Source: Campylobacterales bacterium (lineage in GTDB: Bacteria > Campylobacterota > Campylobacteria > Campylobacterales > JALSKU01). From it: a stretch of 56,085 nt of DNA. A program made the translations under genes and the position numbers. Shown piece after piece: positions 55,080 to 56,085 of the stretch (positions are counted from its first letter, which is position 1; every line of letters begins with the position of its first letter). The notes under the pieces are model-generated. The model was not told the origin of the DNA. It saw only the letters and a program-made list of their open reading frames with translations, and searched no databases. The stretch covers positions 1 through 56,085 of the forward strand of contig JAMOOV010000043.1 of assembly GCA_027065125.1 (NCBI GenBank). The letters are read 5' to 3'.

Positions 55080-55723
55080 GAGGCTTTGAAGCTCTTTTTG
55101 GTTTTGCAAACCTCTTTTAAAAAGCATTTTTCATCGCATTTTGGATTTTTGGCGGTGCAGATATACCGTCCGAAAAGCACCATAGCTTGATGAAATATGT
55201 GAAGATCGTCTTTTAATTTTTTTACTAATTCCTCTTCGGTTTTTTCTACCGTTTTGGCATCACTTAGTCCAAGTCTGTGAGAAACTCTAAATACATGGGT
55301 ATCTACCGCCATGAGATTGGCATTTGTAAACTCTATCATCACTACATGAGCTGTTTTTTGTCCGACTCCGGGGAGTGTTATGAGCTTTTTTTCATCAAGT
55401 GGTATCTCTCCGTCAAATTCATCTACCACTTTTTTTGCCATACCTATGAGATTTTTTGCTTTGTTGTTAAAAAAAGAGCAACTCTTTATCAATTCTTTCA
55501 CTTTATCAATATTTGCTTTTGAGAGTGCTTCTGTCGTTGGATATTTTTTAAATAGAGCTGGAGTTATGATGTTTACTCTTTTGTCGGTGCATTGAGCTGA
55601 TAGCATTACGGAAACTATTAATTCATAAAGATTGCCATATTTGAGTTCCGTTTTTGCATCTTTATAGTGTTCTAAAAATTTCTCTTTTATGTGAGCTATA
55701 TCTTTTTTCGTTGCTTTTTTCAA
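55076..55723 (-). CDS. nth: Endonuclease III
   Basis: HhH-GPD 'LPGVGQKTAHVV' and the Fe-S cluster 'CTAKNPKCDEKCFLKEVC'. Confidence 0.95.
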   Translation of the reverse strand: MKKATKKDIAHIKEKFLEHYKDAKTELKYGNLYELIVSVMLSAQCTDKRVNIITPALFKKYPTTEALSKANIDKVKELIKSCSFFNNKAKNLIGMAKKVVDEFDGEIPLDEKKLITLPGVGQKTAHVVMIEFTNANLMAVDTHVFRVSHRLGLSDAKTVEKTEEELVKKLKDDLHIFHQAMVLFGRYICTAKNPKCDEKCFLKEVCKTKKSFKAS

Positions 55724-55795
55724 AATATCTTCCTATATATTTGGTAAAATTATACAATAAAATGGTTTAAATGCAACTCTTTTCTGTCTGTATCC

Positions 55796-55824
55796 TTGAC
55801 AATTAAGAAAAATATCACTATAAT
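55796..55824 (+). promoter_or_regulatory. Consensus sigma-70 promoter for the tRNA-Gln/tRNA-fMet pair
   Basis: TTGACA (55796-55801), a 17-nt spacer, then TATAAT (55819-55824). The tRNA starts 20 nt downstream. Confidence 0.7.
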
Positions 55825-55843
55825 TCTACCTCAATTAACTTGA

Positions 55844-55918
55844 TGGGGTATAGCCAAGCGGTAAGGCAACTGGTTTTGGTCCAGTCATTCGGGGGTTCGA
55901 ATCCCTCTACCCCATCCA
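55844..55918 (+). tRNA. tRNA-Gln (anticodon UUG)
   Basis: Hand-folded: acceptor TGGGGTA/TACCCCA, anticodon stem ACTGG/CCAGT, loop UUUUGGU, T-loop TTCGAAT, encoded CCA. Confidence 0.9.
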
Positions 55919-55932
55919 GTTTTACTACATAT

Positions 55933-56009
<77 letters not shown>

Positions 56010-56085
56010 ATTTTAAAGCCCTAAATTTTGGGATTTTAAAAAATATATAATTAAAACTTATAGGCTTTAAGGTTTTCGCTGTACC

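Noticed and set aside
56010-56085. Possible terminator or additional tRNA after tRNA-fMet
   Set aside because: There is only a weak 3-7 bp imperfect stem (AAAGCCC...GGGATTT). The remaining sequence to the window edge does not fold into a recognisable cloverleaf.

Overview
AT-rich bacterial chromosome segment. Gene content and local gene order look like Campylobacterota: fliL-acpS, and glmU-coaBC-hyp-uppS-peptidase-lptF/G-truA, which matches Campylobacter jejuni as I recall it. About two thirds of the window is tightly packed housekeeping: rny, ftsY, radA, argD/argB, thrC, ilvA, lpxK, nadE, nth, a PomAB-like flagellar stator plus fliP and fliL, and three tRNAs. The clearly accessory part is a roughly 16.8 kb, 14-gene, single-strand operon at 16302-33094, with mostly overlapping or closely spaced genes. 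It contains a Pel-type polysaccharide synthase pair (PelF-like GT4 plus a 12-TM PelG-like protein). It also has a secreted GH114/PelA-hydrolase-like protein and a CE4 deacetylase. It lacks recognisable PelB/C/D/E. In their place it carries a SPOR-like/TolC-like outer-membrane protein, an OmpA-domain lipoprotein and an embedded HD-GYP protein. It further carries two Dpm1/GtrB/ArnC-type GT2s, two MprF-flippase-like proteins, a 731-aa polytopic (GT-C-like?) protein and a FemAB-like transferase. I consider this locus the best candidate for an undescribed envelope-polysaccharide synthesis and modification system. Smaller observations are listed under findings: a candidate C/U-rich-loop sRNA, a truA stop codon inside tRNA-Pro, a DegT-family protein lacking the Schiff-base lysine, and a 104-nt overlap with rny. 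No CRISPR array, IS element, integrase or recognisable defence genes were seen. All functional calls come from by-eye motif recognition and need profile searches to confirm.
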